Made by a program: the position numbers and the translations under genes. Below, piece after piece: positions 19,051 to 28,513 of a stretch of 64,000 bases of DNA (its first letter is position 1; every line of letters starts with the position of its first letter). The notes under the pieces were generated by a model that was not told where the DNA came from, did no database searches, and worked only from the letters and a program-made list of their open reading frames with translations. Source of the stretch: an uncultured virus (IMG/VR IMGVR_UViG_3300030102_004953) (taxonomy: Duplodnaviria > Heunggongvirae > Uroviricota > Caudoviricetes); the IMG/VR virus record IMGVR_UViG_3300030102_004953; one strand, written 5' to 3'.

Positions 19051-20448
19051 CTACGACTTAAACATTTCATAACGTTTTCTTGGTTTGAACTTTTCAAATA
19101 CAGTATTTATATCATTAATAAATCTTTTACCCATATTGTCAGCACTCAAACCAGTCTCTTCCATTAAACAAAACTCTCTACCTTTTAACCCAGCTTTTTT
19201 TCTTTCTTCTTTTGGTGTTTCGTACCACTCATATATTCTATCAGCTGCATCTTCCCAACTTGGTCTATCATCAAATATATATGGTGTCGGTGGTGAACCT
19301 TGTAATGAACGATTGGTAGGCCAGATTGGCTTTACCCACTCTCCGTGAGTTAAATCTGGATTATCCTTCCATTTTTTAGCATCGTGTAAGGAATGTACCC
19401 AACTATAATCCTCATCCGTTAAAAGTTTATCTTTGTACTTAAAACCACATTGGTCTTGCATACCACCCGTAACGTTAACAATGATTGGTGTACCAGCCAT
19501 AAGAGCTTCACAAGTTCCTAATCCAAATCCCTCGTTACTAGCTATATTAATACATACATCAGCCATATTATAAAGTACATTCAACTCTTCTTGTTTTATT
19601 TGATTTGTAGAAAAGAATATGTTAGCATCAGGACCTGCTATAGCATCTTTCACTTTCACCAAATCAGTTCCATTCTGATCTACAGGAGATGTGTGCATTA
19701 AAAATGCCACCTTATCTTTTTTATCTTCAGGTAACATATCAACGAATGTTTTCCAAGCCAAAATTAAATCACCAGGCAGTTTTCTACGAATGTTTCTAGC
19801 ATTGTAAAATAGAATAAACTCAAAATCCTTCTTAAACTTACTTCTGTTATCTGCAACATCTTTCAATCCTGCTTCATCGGTAAGTGGTTTAAATACCTTC
19901 TCATTAATTCCGTGTGGAATATATGTGGCTTGCCAATCTTCATACGTACTTCTTACATTCTTAACAATATTAACAGTCTGTTTTGATATGTTAAACAATG
20001 AATCTACTGAATCATAATACTCTCTATTCCACATAGGATATGGTAAATCATCCCAAATATTATAATACAGTATCGGTATCTCTTGTCTTATCTCGTGTTC
20101 CATTTGAAATAGCCAAATCCAAAATCTTGGGTCTGTATAAATCATAATAGCATCTGGCTTTTCTTTACCCAACAACATTCTAACAAGAGCTTGGCTACCA
20201 TAACCTGCTACTGGATATATTTTAAGATAAGGTTTAGTTCCATCTTCACGTTTTGTAGTACCCCAATCTTTCATAACTGCATCCGATAAATCTATCTCTT
20301 TTCCTTTTTCAGGATGGTCTATAGCACCACCTAACTGAACCCAATCGAACTCGTGAATTGTTTGTCTTACGATTTCCGCAGACATTGTTGCAACCCCACT
20401 ACTCATTCTCAAATCATCTGCTAAGAGTAGAATCTTTTTTCGTTTCAT
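19051..20448 (-). CDS. glycosyltransferase family 4 (GT-B)
   Basis: SGVATM, ARNIRRK, NEGFGLGTCEALMAGTPII. Confidence 0.9.
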   Translation of the reverse strand: MKRKKILLLADDLRMSSGVATMSAEIVRQTIHEFDWVQLGGAIDHPEKGKEIDLSDAVMKDWGTTKREDGTKPYLKIYPVAGYGSQALVRMLLGKEKPDAIMIYTDPRFWIWLFQMEHEIRQEIPILYYNIWDDLPYPMWNREYYDSVDSLFNISKQTVNIVKNVRSTYEDWQATYIPHGINEKVFKPLTDEAGLKDVADNRSKFKKDFEFILFYNARNIRRKLPGDLILAWKTFVDMLPEDKKDKVAFLMHTSPVDQNGTDLVKVKDAIAGPDANIFFSTNQIKQEELNVLYNMADVCINIASNEGFGLGTCEALMAGTPIIVNVTGGMQDQCGFKYKDKLLTDEDYSWVHSLHDAKKWKDNPDLTHGEWVKPIWPTNRSLQGSPPTPYIFDDRPSWEDAADRIYEWYETPKEERKKAGLKGREFCLMEETGLSADNMGKRFINDINTVFEKFKPRKRYEMFKS

Positions 20449-20455
20449 ATAACCT

Positions 20456-20698
20456 CTAACCTCTTATAACTTTCTTACTACCAACTTCTACTTCAAAATA
20501 ATCTAACATTTCTAATTTGTCTGCGCTGTCTGCCATCAATCCAAGTTCCTTCTCAATTTCATCCATTACATCTCCGTGTTCACCTATACCTACAGAATTG
20601 TTCATTAGGTTTTCTACATTTATGCGATGCTTTTCAATCTGTGCCTTGAAATTCATTCTAAGTGCATCTATATAATCATCTCTCATATTTATGCTCAT
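20456..20698 (-). CDS. hypothetical protein
   Basis: ORF with SD, ATGA overlap. Confidence 0.65.
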   Translation of the reverse strand: MSINMRDDYIDALRMNFKAQIEKHRINVENLMNNSVGIGEHGDVMDEIEKELGLMADSADKLEMLDYFEVEVGSKKVIRG

Positions 20699-20880
20699 AG
20701 TCCACTCCCACTTACTTCTAATGTTTTATAGCTAATTAACTTAGCCTGATACGTTTCGTCATTTAAGAATAAATGTATAGAGCGATTTACCAACTTCTGT
20801 AAGGTAAACTCTTCCCTAAGACTTTTTATTCTAAAATCTTTATGTAATTCTGGTAAAATTTTTACTGATGTCAACTTCAT
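20695..20880 (-). CDS. small ribbon-helix-helix-like DNA-binding protein
   Basis: LTSVKI beta-pattern followed by two amphipathic helices. Confidence 0.5.
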   Translation of the reverse strand: MKLTSVKILPELHKDFRIKSLREEFTLQKLVNRSIHLFLNDETYQAKLISYKTLEVSGSGL

Positions 20881-20910
20881 AAGATATACCTATATAACTA
20901 TATTTGTATA

Positions 20911-20918
20911 TATAAATA
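20911..20918 (-). promoter_or_regulatory. TATTTATA motif (putative phage promoter)
   Basis: same octamer recurs upstream of several genes in this window. Confidence 0.55.
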
Positions 20919-20922
20919 TTAA

Positions 20923-21285
20923 CTAACTTTTAAAAACTACTTTTTTATTTTGCTTTTTTGTCTCTTTTATGAGAGTCTGTAGATTGGCTGGTAAATCATC
21001 CTTATTATTAATAAAAACAAAAAGAGAATCGATTGATTGTGCTAATCTCTTACTACTACCAAATTGAGCTTTTATAGATTTCTGAAAAGGCTTTATATCT
21101 TCACACTCTATGTCAAACTCGTTTGCATATTTTCTAGCTAATGCCTCAGCGCCATTCTTTTTCCCACGAGTACATATAATTAAATGACCCTCAAAGAACT
21201 TATTGAGTTCAAAGATACTTTTTTTTACTTTTACTTTATTTGAATATTCTTTAACACCACTTACACCAATTCTAATTTTCTTCAT
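20923..21285 (-). CDS. SLOG/DUF2493-like protein
   Basis: IGVSGVKEY...GAEALARKYA. Confidence 0.6.
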   Translation of the reverse strand: MKKIRIGVSGVKEYSNKVKVKKSIFELNKFFEGHLIICTRGKKNGAEALARKYANEFDIECEDIKPFQKSIKAQFGSSKRLAQSIDSLFVFINNKDDLPANLQTLIKETKKQNKKVVFKS

Positions 21286-21664
21286 CAGTCCTCTTTTGTT
21301 TTTTAACCATTGGTGTAGTGTTATTTATAAAGTTAAAAATACGTTTAAAATGTTCTAAACCTGCTATTGGATTAGCCAGTATCTTAAACCTAAAATTTGT
21401 GTGTAAATTCAAACCATCGTGTATGTAGAAAAAAGAAAAGTCTCTATTAGCACCTAGTTCTTCATTATGAAAGTCTGTTTTGAAATTAAAACTATTCTCA
21501 TACTTTTTTACAAACTCTGCTATAGTTCCATAATCTTCATTAACATAAAACTGAAAATGAACATTTCCATATTTCGTTTGAATATTTTCTACTCTACTCA
21601 TCACCGCCTCTTCTATTTCCGTTTTAAAAAAAGAATTGAGGTGAAGTCTTATTGATGGTATCAT
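21272..21664 (-). CDS. hypothetical protein
   Basis: coupled ORF. Confidence 0.6.
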   Translation of the reverse strand: MIPSIRLHLNSFFKTEIEEAVMSRVENIQTKYGNVHFQFYVNEDYGTIAEFVKKYENSFNFKTDFHNEELGANRDFSFFYIHDGLNLHTNFRFKILANPIAGLEHFKRIFNFINNTTPMVKKQKRTDEEN

Positions 21665-22257
21665 TTGATAATCTCCACATTACTGGCTTGGTTTTTGTCA
21701 TACGTTAAAAAGAAAACTTGAAATAATCTACCGCTTTCGAATGAGTGTCCGTAATAGTTTGTAGCATCGTGCCACAAGGTGCCAGGATATGCCACTAATC
21801 TATTGAAAAGTAATCCTATTCTAGCAACTTCTTCCCATTGAGTTTTATCAAAAAGATTTATTCCACTTTCAACTACATACTTGTTAATATCTTCACTTGA
21901 AATTTCTAAAGAATTATCTATCTTATTTCTGTAAAAGGATGTACCTGCATTTACAGGTTGTTTTCTATCTAAAAATACAACTGCAGCTAGAGGATCGACA
22001 TCTGTATGTGGAAAAGTTTTATCCATAGATGTACATACTTGAAATCTTCCACACATATTTCCGTGTGGATACACTTGACGTCCAAAGTATCTTGATAACT
22101 TATCTATAGCTTCTTCAGTAACATATTCTAATTCAGTCCTCTTACCTGAAAACCCTTTTGCACCTGTAAGCTCTTCACAAGTTTTGTACTCTTGTTTAAG
22201 TGCTAAGTCATATACCTGCTCTGGATTATCATAAAACCAATCTTCTACTATAATCAT
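21661..22257 (-). CDS. 2OG-Fe(II) oxygenase-like (DUF6445-like)
   Basis: IIVEDWFYDNP, HTD, GTSFY, FNRLVAY..LWH, GRLFQVFF. Confidence 0.75.
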   Translation of the reverse strand: MIIVEDWFYDNPEQVYDLALKQEYKTCEELTGAKGFSGKRTELEYVTEEAIDKLSRYFGRQVYPHGNMCGRFQVCTSMDKTFPHTDVDPLAAVVFLDRKQPVNAGTSFYRNKIDNSLEISSEDINKYVVESGINLFDKTQWEEVARIGLLFNRLVAYPGTLWHDATNYYGHSFESGRLFQVFFLTYDKNQASNVEIIK

Positions 22258-23123
22258 TTTATACCCTTATCACAATGTTCAGTTTGATTAAACTCGCAAA
22301 ACCTACAATTTTTCTTAGAAGCCTCAGCTCTGTATTCTTTTAATAAATAGTTACCATCTTCATCAAAACAATCATCTATGAAATCTTTCAATCTGTATAA
22401 AACTTTGTTCATAGACGGCTTACCATTCGCTGGTGTAAATAATTGTACTTTCTTTTGAGGAAAGTCTACATTCTCATATAACTTTCTTTTCAGAATAAAG
22501 TATTCAACATCTATCTTATCAGGTGATATTTCCCATTGTAGCGATAAGAATTGTTTATACAACAATAACTGGTCAGTTTTATTCTTATCAGCTTTCATAT
22601 ACTTGTTCCAACCTTTAGTTGAAGTCTTGATATCTATTATTTTTATCCTATCTCTGACAGTATCCTTTAGAACTACATCCATAAAACCTATAAAATTCAC
22701 TGCACTACTCATCTTATAATTTAACGGCATCTCTATCCCAAGAAGTTCATAACCTCTCTTATTAAAGTATTGTCCTTTACGTTTTTTAAACCAATCTAAC
22801 AAAGAAACACCATCATTATAGAACTCACCTAAATCTTCCTTAGAGCAAGGTACAAAGTTTTCATCACTATTTTGTTCTTTAGCTTTATTAAACTCTATCT
22901 TTAACTCTTCTAAAAGTCTACTATTGACATCTATAGAATCTGCTTCTTTAATTGTCTTATGAAAAAATGTAGTTAGGTACTCTTGTATTACAGTGTGAAT
23001 AGCACTACCAAATATAGTATGTATATTACCTGTAAAGTCTCTCATATCATCTACATAATTCAACTTCCATCTTTGAGGACATTGAGACCACATCCCAAAC
23101 TGACTATAACTAATTTTTGCCAC
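22254..23123 (-). CDS. PD-(D/E)XK nuclease, Cas4/AddB-like with probable Fe-S cysteines
   Basis: ISYSQ..QCP, GFMD...IIDIKTS, C-terminal CRFC...C. Confidence 0.85.
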   Translation of the reverse strand: MAKISYSQFGMWSQCPQRWKLNYVDDMRDFTGNIHTIFGSAIHTVIQEYLTTFFHKTIKEADSIDVNSRLLEELKIEFNKAKEQNSDENFVPCSKEDLGEFYNDGVSLLDWFKKRKGQYFNKRGYELLGIEMPLNYKMSSAVNFIGFMDVVLKDTVRDRIKIIDIKTSTKGWNKYMKADKNKTDQLLLYKQFLSLQWEISPDKIDVEYFILKRKLYENVDFPQKKVQLFTPANGKPSMNKVLYRLKDFIDDCFDEDGNYLLKEYRAEASKKNCRFCEFNQTEHCDKGIK

Positions 23124-23307
23124 TTGATTCCAATCCTACGTTATTTAATAAATCATCGAATGATATTTCTTCTGATAGTGATATCTTTTCACCACCTAAA
23201 TCTAAATCACCTGCTGGTATTTGTGTTAACATTCTGATGTAAGCGCCTAATACCCTATCATCATCAAATTGTTCACACATTATTTTTAGAGCTTCCATTA
23301 TAGTCAT
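23110..23307 (-). CDS. hypothetical protein
   Basis: ATG at 23307 in TGATG overlap with the upstream small ORF. Confidence 0.6.
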   Translation of the reverse strand: MTIMEALKIMCEQFDDDRVLGAYIRMLTQIPAGDLDLGGEKISLSEEISFDDLLNNVGLESSGKN

Positions 23308-23426
23308 CAATCCATCCACCTTCCATCATTTATTAAGTGATATGTTCTGTGCTTTATAATTTCATACATAAGACCTAACCAAGTCTTTGACTTATATACA
23401 CCAGCTTGACATTTGTATAGATACAT
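23307..23426 (-). CDS. 39-aa protein (MYLYKCQAGVYKSKTWLGLMYEIIKHRTYHLINDGRWMD), not in the ORF track
   Basis: translated by hand; stop/start overlaps at both ends. Confidence 0.7.
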   Translation of the reverse strand: MYLYKCQAGVYKSKTWLGLMYEIIKHRTYHLINDGRWMD

Positions 23427-23809
23427 TATTTACCCCACTTACCTCTACCAACAATCGTAGCCATAATACCATAGTTAGATACATCAAGATACGCATCTTC
23501 TAATGGTTCATCTTTTACAGCTGATTTTCTATCACCAAGTAATAATGTCTTTACACGTTGTAGCTTATCATTCATACGAAACCACAAGCCTGTAAGTGAT
23601 AGTTTGATTTCTTCAGGTGTTACCAAAAAAGTTCCTACACTAATATTACCAGGACCATAATCGTGTTGTTTATGTAGGAATAATTCATATTGTTCTCTTT
23701 GAATCTTCTTAAACTCTTCTGTCATCAAGGGCCATTCTTCTTCCATCTTTTGAATAACATCATAACCTTTATCATTAGTGCCTGTTTTAGATTCTTTTAT
23801 AACTTTCAT
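23426..23809 (-). CDS. DUF1599-like (nucleotide-modification-associated) protein
   Basis: KQHDYG, RMNDKLQR, EPLEDAYLDVSNY. Confidence 0.75.
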   Translation of the reverse strand: MKVIKESKTGTNDKGYDVIQKMEEEWPLMTEEFKKIQREQYELFLHKQHDYGPGNISVGTFLVTPEEIKLSLTGLWFRMNDKLQRVKTLLLGDRKSAVKDEPLEDAYLDVSNYGIMATIVGRGKWGK

Positions 23810-23812
23810 TAC

Positions 23813-24025
23813 TTAATTACCTTTCTTAGTTGTGTAATCTCCACCTAACTTAGCTCTCATTTCAGATTTATATTCATTAACACCCTTACCTAAATCCAAA
23901 TACCAACCTTGATTGGGTTTTCTTATCTCATCTAATATAGCATCAGCTATAGTTTCTTTAGCTGATTCAGATGCTAAGTTAGCACTTTGAAAATTACTTA
24001 GTACTTTTACTATTAATTTTTTCAT
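23813..24025 (-). CDS. hypothetical protein
   Basis: ORF in operon. Confidence 0.6.
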   Translation of the reverse strand: MKKLIVKVLSNFQSANLASESAKETIADAILDEIRKPNQGWYLDLGKGVNEYKSEMRAKLGGDYTTKKGN

Positions 24026-24650
24026 CTTCAATCCTCTTTATTTTCTTTTTGATTCCTTTGTTAAGATAATATACATATATATTTTTATTTTTGCGTTTTA
24101 TAAAAAATATATTTTCATCTCCAGCTTCCCACCTACGTCTTATTTCTCTACTGTATGGTTTTTCTGGTTGACTAAGAGACCTACTATGATATTCTTTACC
24201 ATCTACCATAAGAACTCTGCCTGCTGCAGTTTGTCCGTATGATACAAAATTACTAGCCTTATAAATTACCCCCTCGTGTCCGTAATGTCTATCTGCAAAA
24301 GATACAATAACTTCATAATTTGTATTCTGTTTTAACCACTTGATAGTTTGTGATACAAAGAAACTTTCACTATTCTTAGGTGCTTCATCTAAACAAACTA
24401 ATCTTCTCAACTCTACACATCTATCAGGATTAACAGGATTATATTTTTTAGCCGTGTTTGGCATTGATGGTATAGCGTACATCATAGCACCAACCATTCT
24501 TGGAATATTAAACTTACCTGGTGAAAATAATGCAAAACACTCTAAACCTTGTATTCCATTAGTATTATGACTATAGTGATACTTTTCTATAAAGTTTTGT
24601 ATAGCACTTCTTGGAACAAGTTCCACAGAATATCCCTCTAACTTACTCAT
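23994..24650 (-). CDS. Mom-like GNAT-fold DNA modification protein (copy 1)
   Basis: HYSH, VELRRL, PKNSESFF, VSFAD..GHEGVIYKASNF. Confidence 0.8.
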   Translation of the reverse strand: MSKLEGYSVELVPRSAIQNFIEKYHYSHNTNGIQGLECFALFSPGKFNIPRMVGAMMYAIPSMPNTAKKYNPVNPDRCVELRRLVCLDEAPKNSESFFVSQTIKWLKQNTNYEVIVSFADRHYGHEGVIYKASNFVSYGQTAAGRVLMVDGKEYHSRSLSQPEKPYSREIRRRWEAGDENIFFIKRKNKNIYVYYLNKGIKKKIKRIEDEKINSKSTK

Positions 24651-25093
24651 ATTTTAAGTTTCTTAACCAATTTTTTATCAATACCATATGTATCGAAAAT
24701 ACTAAATAATTCTTCTTTACCACTGTCTGAATTTAACAATAAATCTATATACGTGTCAACCTCTTTTTTGCTCGCCTCATAATGTTTACACAATAAATCA
24801 ATCACCCAACTTTCATTTAATTTATCACGAGTTTTCTTACCTTTCATCCACTTGAAATAGTAATTACTTTTTGGTATAAGCTCACTATAAACTTTATATG
24901 TCTCACGTGATTTTAAACCTAACTTTTGCACCTCATTAACTAAATCAACAAAATTAGAGTTCATAGATATAAACCTATTAACCATATACACACTAAACTT
25001 TTTCTGAGAAGCTTCATCGAAAGTATCCCAATTTTCCTTAGTGTTAGTTATCTTTTTGCACCACTCCCACGGTGTTTTAACTACTTTACTCAT
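24647..25093 (-). CDS. clamp loader small subunit (T4 gp62-like)
   Basis: FSVYMVNRFISM...NEVQ...YFKWMK; near the gp44-like gene. Confidence 0.75.
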   Translation of the reverse strand: MSKVVKTPWEWCKKITNTKENWDTFDEASQKKFSVYMVNRFISMNSNFVDLVNEVQKLGLKSRETYKVYSELIPKSNYYFKWMKGKKTRDKLNESWVIDLLCKHYEASKKEVDTYIDLLLNSDSGKEELFSIFDTYGIDKKLVKKLKI

Positions 25094-26582
25094 AAGTGTT
25101 ATCCCTTAATAGGTTTTTATAATAACGTATTTCTTCATCTATTGTTTTCTTAGCAAGTTCAAAATCTACACTTCTATGTGCTTCAGTACAATGTGATTTA
25201 TCTATAAACTTAATAGATTGCATAACTGATAACCAAGATGATAAACCAAAATTTTCTTCTAAATCATCTATAAACATATCTTTACCTGTAGGAAGTCTTT
25301 TATTCTGATATATATCTTCCATAAAATTATCAAACACTTCAGCATATCTTATGTTTCTTTTAGCGTGTTTCCAAAAGTCTGTCGTTCCTCTGTTATTTAT
25401 ATAATGTAGTTGTATAAAACTAAGAAAATGTGAAAATGTTTTACCACAATGTGTATTATAAAGTTCTGATATCAAATTGGTATCATTAGAATTAGATAGT
25501 AAACCAGCCAAGTAATTAGCTTGTCCTGTAGTTATCGTGGTAGCATTAGATTCTAAAGGTTCTATAAAGCCTGATGCTAATCCTACAGCATACATATTTT
25601 TTATACCCAATCGTTCAAACATACCTGTTTTCATATCTATTTTAGAAGTGATATCTATCTTACCAAATCTACTTTCTAATTCTAACACAGCATCATCCGC
25701 TGTAATAAAATCCGAACTATAAACATAACCTCTACTCGTTTTGTTTCTTAATGGTATCTCCCAACTCCAACCACTATTAAACGCTGTTGCAGTTACAAAA
25801 TTCTTTCTAAGAGGTTCATACTTTTCACCAACCTTTTCAAATGCTATAGCACTATCTACAGGTAAAAAATCCTTAAAACTAACAAACTTTTCTTTGAGAA
25901 TCCTTTCGAATAGAACTCTACTAAATCCACTACAATCTATAAAAACATCACCTGATATTTTACTACCATCTTCACAAATAACCTCTTGACAATTACCAAC
26001 GATATCTTTTTTTACATCTACTACTTGATTCTCAACAACTTTGATTCCATATTTCTCTACACAAAAATCAGCTATGTAATCTATAAACTTATTTATATCA
26101 ATATGAAGAGCGTAAGGACCTACTCTACTCGGATAATTCCATTGAACGTCTGTAGTAAAGGTTTGCTCTACAAACTTCTTGATAGGTTTTTTTCTACTCA
26201 ACATCATTTGTGTTCCTATAGCACTAATATCTACCCTCTCATCATTAGCTATAAAAACTTCATCCATCGTGAGTTCATCTTCTACAAAAGGTAAACCAAA
26301 TACTGGATGATAATAATCATACTCTTGAAACCCAACAAACTGAGTTCCCCATTTGTAAGTTCCATTGGATTTATTTAGTATATCATTTTCATCTATTCCA
26401 ATAGCATTGATTAATGTTGCCAGACTTGGGAATGTACTTTCCCCTACTGATAACCTATCTACTTTTGGTGATTCTATTAAGGTTACATCAATAACCTTAG
26501 TAGGATTAGTCTTTTTTACATAAGACAAAGCAGTAGCCATCAACCAACCAGAGCTACCTCCGCCTATTATTACTACCTTCAT
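25086..26582 (-). CDS. flavin-dependent halogenase (tryptophan halogenase/PrnA family)
   Basis: GGGSSG, VGEST, TYKWG (catalytic Lys), IDCSG, WSWEIP, FIEPLES. Confidence 0.9.
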   Translation of the reverse strand: MKVVIIGGGSSGWLMATALSYVKKTNPTKVIDVTLIESPKVDRLSVGESTFPSLATLINAIGIDENDILNKSNGTYKWGTQFVGFQEYDYYHPVFGLPFVEDELTMDEVFIANDERVDISAIGTQMMLSRKKPIKKFVEQTFTTDVQWNYPSRVGPYALHIDINKFIDYIADFCVEKYGIKVVENQVVDVKKDIVGNCQEVICEDGSKISGDVFIDCSGFSRVLFERILKEKFVSFKDFLPVDSAIAFEKVGEKYEPLRKNFVTATAFNSGWSWEIPLRNKTSRGYVYSSDFITADDAVLELESRFGKIDITSKIDMKTGMFERLGIKNMYAVGLASGFIEPLESNATTITTGQANYLAGLLSNSNDTNLISELYNTHCGKTFSHFLSFIQLHYINNRGTTDFWKHAKRNIRYAEVFDNFMEDIYQNKRLPTGKDMFIDDLEENFGLSSWLSVMQSIKFIDKSHCTEAHRSVDFELAKKTIDEEIRYYKNLLRDNTYE

Positions 26583-26842
26583 TAGTCTCCGACTAAGTTT
26601 TCAACACTATCACCACCTGTACCAATATCTTTTAATTTACCACAATCACCACAAGCAAAAACTTGAATAGGTATAATACCCTCTTGACCTGTTGGTGATA
26701 TCAATGCTGATATCTTTTTCAAAACATATGATTCAATAAATAAAGTATTATTACAATCATCACATTTCATTGTTTCGGCTTCTTTTAAGTTAACCTTAAC
26801 TTGTGCCTGAGGTTTCTGTTTTTTCATTGGATGCATACTCAT
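26582..26842 (-). CDS. small zinc-ribbon protein
   Basis: CDDC...CGDC. Confidence 0.7.
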   Translation of the reverse strand: MSMHPMKKQKPQAQVKVNLKEAETMKCDDCNNTLFIESYVLKKISALISPTGQEGIIPIQVFACGDCGKLKDIGTGGDSVENLVGD

Positions 26843-27756
26843 TTTATTACTCCTAGTAATTCTATTAACATAGCCATAGCATTAATTTCTTTATCAACTA
26901 CTACAGCATCACTCTCTTGATACTTTGCGACAATTAGTATAACTTCCGCTACGTGTCCTTTACCAAAATCATCTACATTATCATAAAGTAACCTATACAA
27001 ATCTTCAAACTGAGTAACCTTACTATCTAATAGTAATTTTCTAATACCATTAAATGCAGTTTTCTTATCTTCTTTTAGTAACTCTAAAACTTTTATCTTG
27101 TAATCGTTCTGAATAACACTAGTCTTATCCATCTTTAATTCACCATCAACAACTTGTCTTTGTGCAGCGTTGATTACTCTACGGATATCAGGATACCCAC
27201 TATTAACTATATCAGCAACATCTTTTATTTCATACTTTACACTTTCTTCAGATAAGATATGTACTAATTGTTGTGCCACTTGTTTTCTATCAGGCGGTAT
27301 AACTTGAAATGTCTGACAACGAGATTGTATAGGTGATATTATCTTCTCAACAAAATTACAAGTTAGAATGAATCTACAATGTTTACTGAATGTTTCCATC
27401 ATATTTCTTAAAGCAGCCTGAGCATTTGGTGATAGGTAATCACACTCATCCAAGATAATCACTTTCATATCTTGGAATCCCATTGTAGCTGCAAAGTTCT
27501 TCATTCTTGTTCTGACATTTTCTACGCCTGTTTCATCAGAAGCGTTTATGTAAATATAATCACAATCTATATTACCAACTAATAATTTAGCAAGAGTTGT
27601 TTTTCCTGTACCAGCTTTTCCATACAATAAAAGGTGTGGTAAATCCCCACTATCAAGATACAACTTAACCTTATCTTTTAGCATATCGTTACCTACATAA
27701 TTATCAAGTTGTTGTGGGCGATATTTCTCTACCCATAAAGTATGATTTTTACTCAT
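26839..27756 (-). CDS. clamp loader AAA+ subunit (gp44/RFC small subunit-like)
   Basis: WVEKYRP, GKAGTGKT, LDECD, SRC. Confidence 0.95.
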   Translation of the reverse strand: MSKNHTLWVEKYRPQQLDNYVGNDMLKDKVKLYLDSGDLPHLLLYGKAGTGKTTLAKLLVGNIDCDYIYINASDETGVENVRTRMKNFAATMGFQDMKVIILDECDYLSPNAQAALRNMMETFSKHCRFILTCNFVEKIISPIQSRCQTFQVIPPDRKQVAQQLVHILSEESVKYEIKDVADIVNSGYPDIRRVINAAQRQVVDGELKMDKTSVIQNDYKIKVLELLKEDKKTAFNGIRKLLLDSKVTQFEDLYRLLYDNVDDFGKGHVAEVILIVAKYQESDAVVVDKEINAMAMLIELLGVIK

Positions 27757-28513
27757 TTGTTATTCCTTTATTAACTTCGATTTCTTCGATTGGTGGTAAG
27801 TACTCGTCTGCATTTGTTGGATAATCTTTTGACTCGTACTTCATAAATTTTTTAAATCTTTTATTCTCTGATTTACTTCCTAAAAAATATATATACCTAT
27901 GTTTCTCTGGCTCTCTTCTTCTCCAAAATGTATGTCCTATAGCAGATTTTAGTTTATCTATATTATGGCTACCAAATCTAGCGAAAACAGTTCTACTATG
28001 TATCCAATCATATGGTTCTTCTACCAATGATACTGAATAATTAGGCATAAGATTCAATCCTGCACCTTGATAAATCCAATTTGTAGCTTTGTAGATACCA
28101 CCTAAATGCAACCTATCTGGATCTGCATAACTTATTAATACCTTAACACTTTTATCATAATGTTTCAACCATTTAAACGATTGTGATATTGAATACGATT
28201 CTATGTTTTTACCATAACCATCGTGAATGAAAAGCCTTGTTAATTCAAGAACCGATTCATAATCTATTATTTCTTCTTTGAACAAAGAACCGACTACACT
28301 TCTGCCAACTGGATGCCCATAAGTAAGGCATCCAATTAGCTTTTCTTCTTTCTCACCCTCAAAAAATCTATGTTCCGTATCTTCTTGATAGAAGATTCCA
28401 ATAGCGTGCCTACAGAGTGAGAACTTACGACTATAATGATTTTCTACAATCATTTTCTTAGCCGTCTTTTTGTCTATCTTTCTAAGTACAACCTTAGAAG
28501 TATCAACATACAT
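27749..28513 (-). CDS. Mom-like GNAT-fold DNA modification protein (copy 2)
   Basis: HYSRK, LELTRL, KNIES, ISYAD..HLGGIYKATNW. Confidence 0.8.
   Translation of the reverse strand: MYVDTSKVVLRKIDKKTAKKMIVENHYSRKFSLCRHAIGIFYQEDTEHRFFEGEKEEKLIGCLTYGHPVGRSVVGSLFKEEIIDYESVLELTRLFIHDGYGKNIESYSISQSFKWLKHYDKSVKVLISYADPDRLHLGGIYKATNWIYQGAGLNLMPNYSVSLVEEPYDWIHSRTVFARFGSHNIDKLKSAIGHTFWRRREPEKHRYIYFLGSKSENKRFKKFMKYESKDYPTNADEYLPPIEEIEVNKGITNE

Noticed and set aside
22254..23123. CRISPR-Cas locus around the Cas4-like nuclease
   Set aside because: No repeat-spacer array or other cas genes seen; solo Cas4-like nucleases are common in phages
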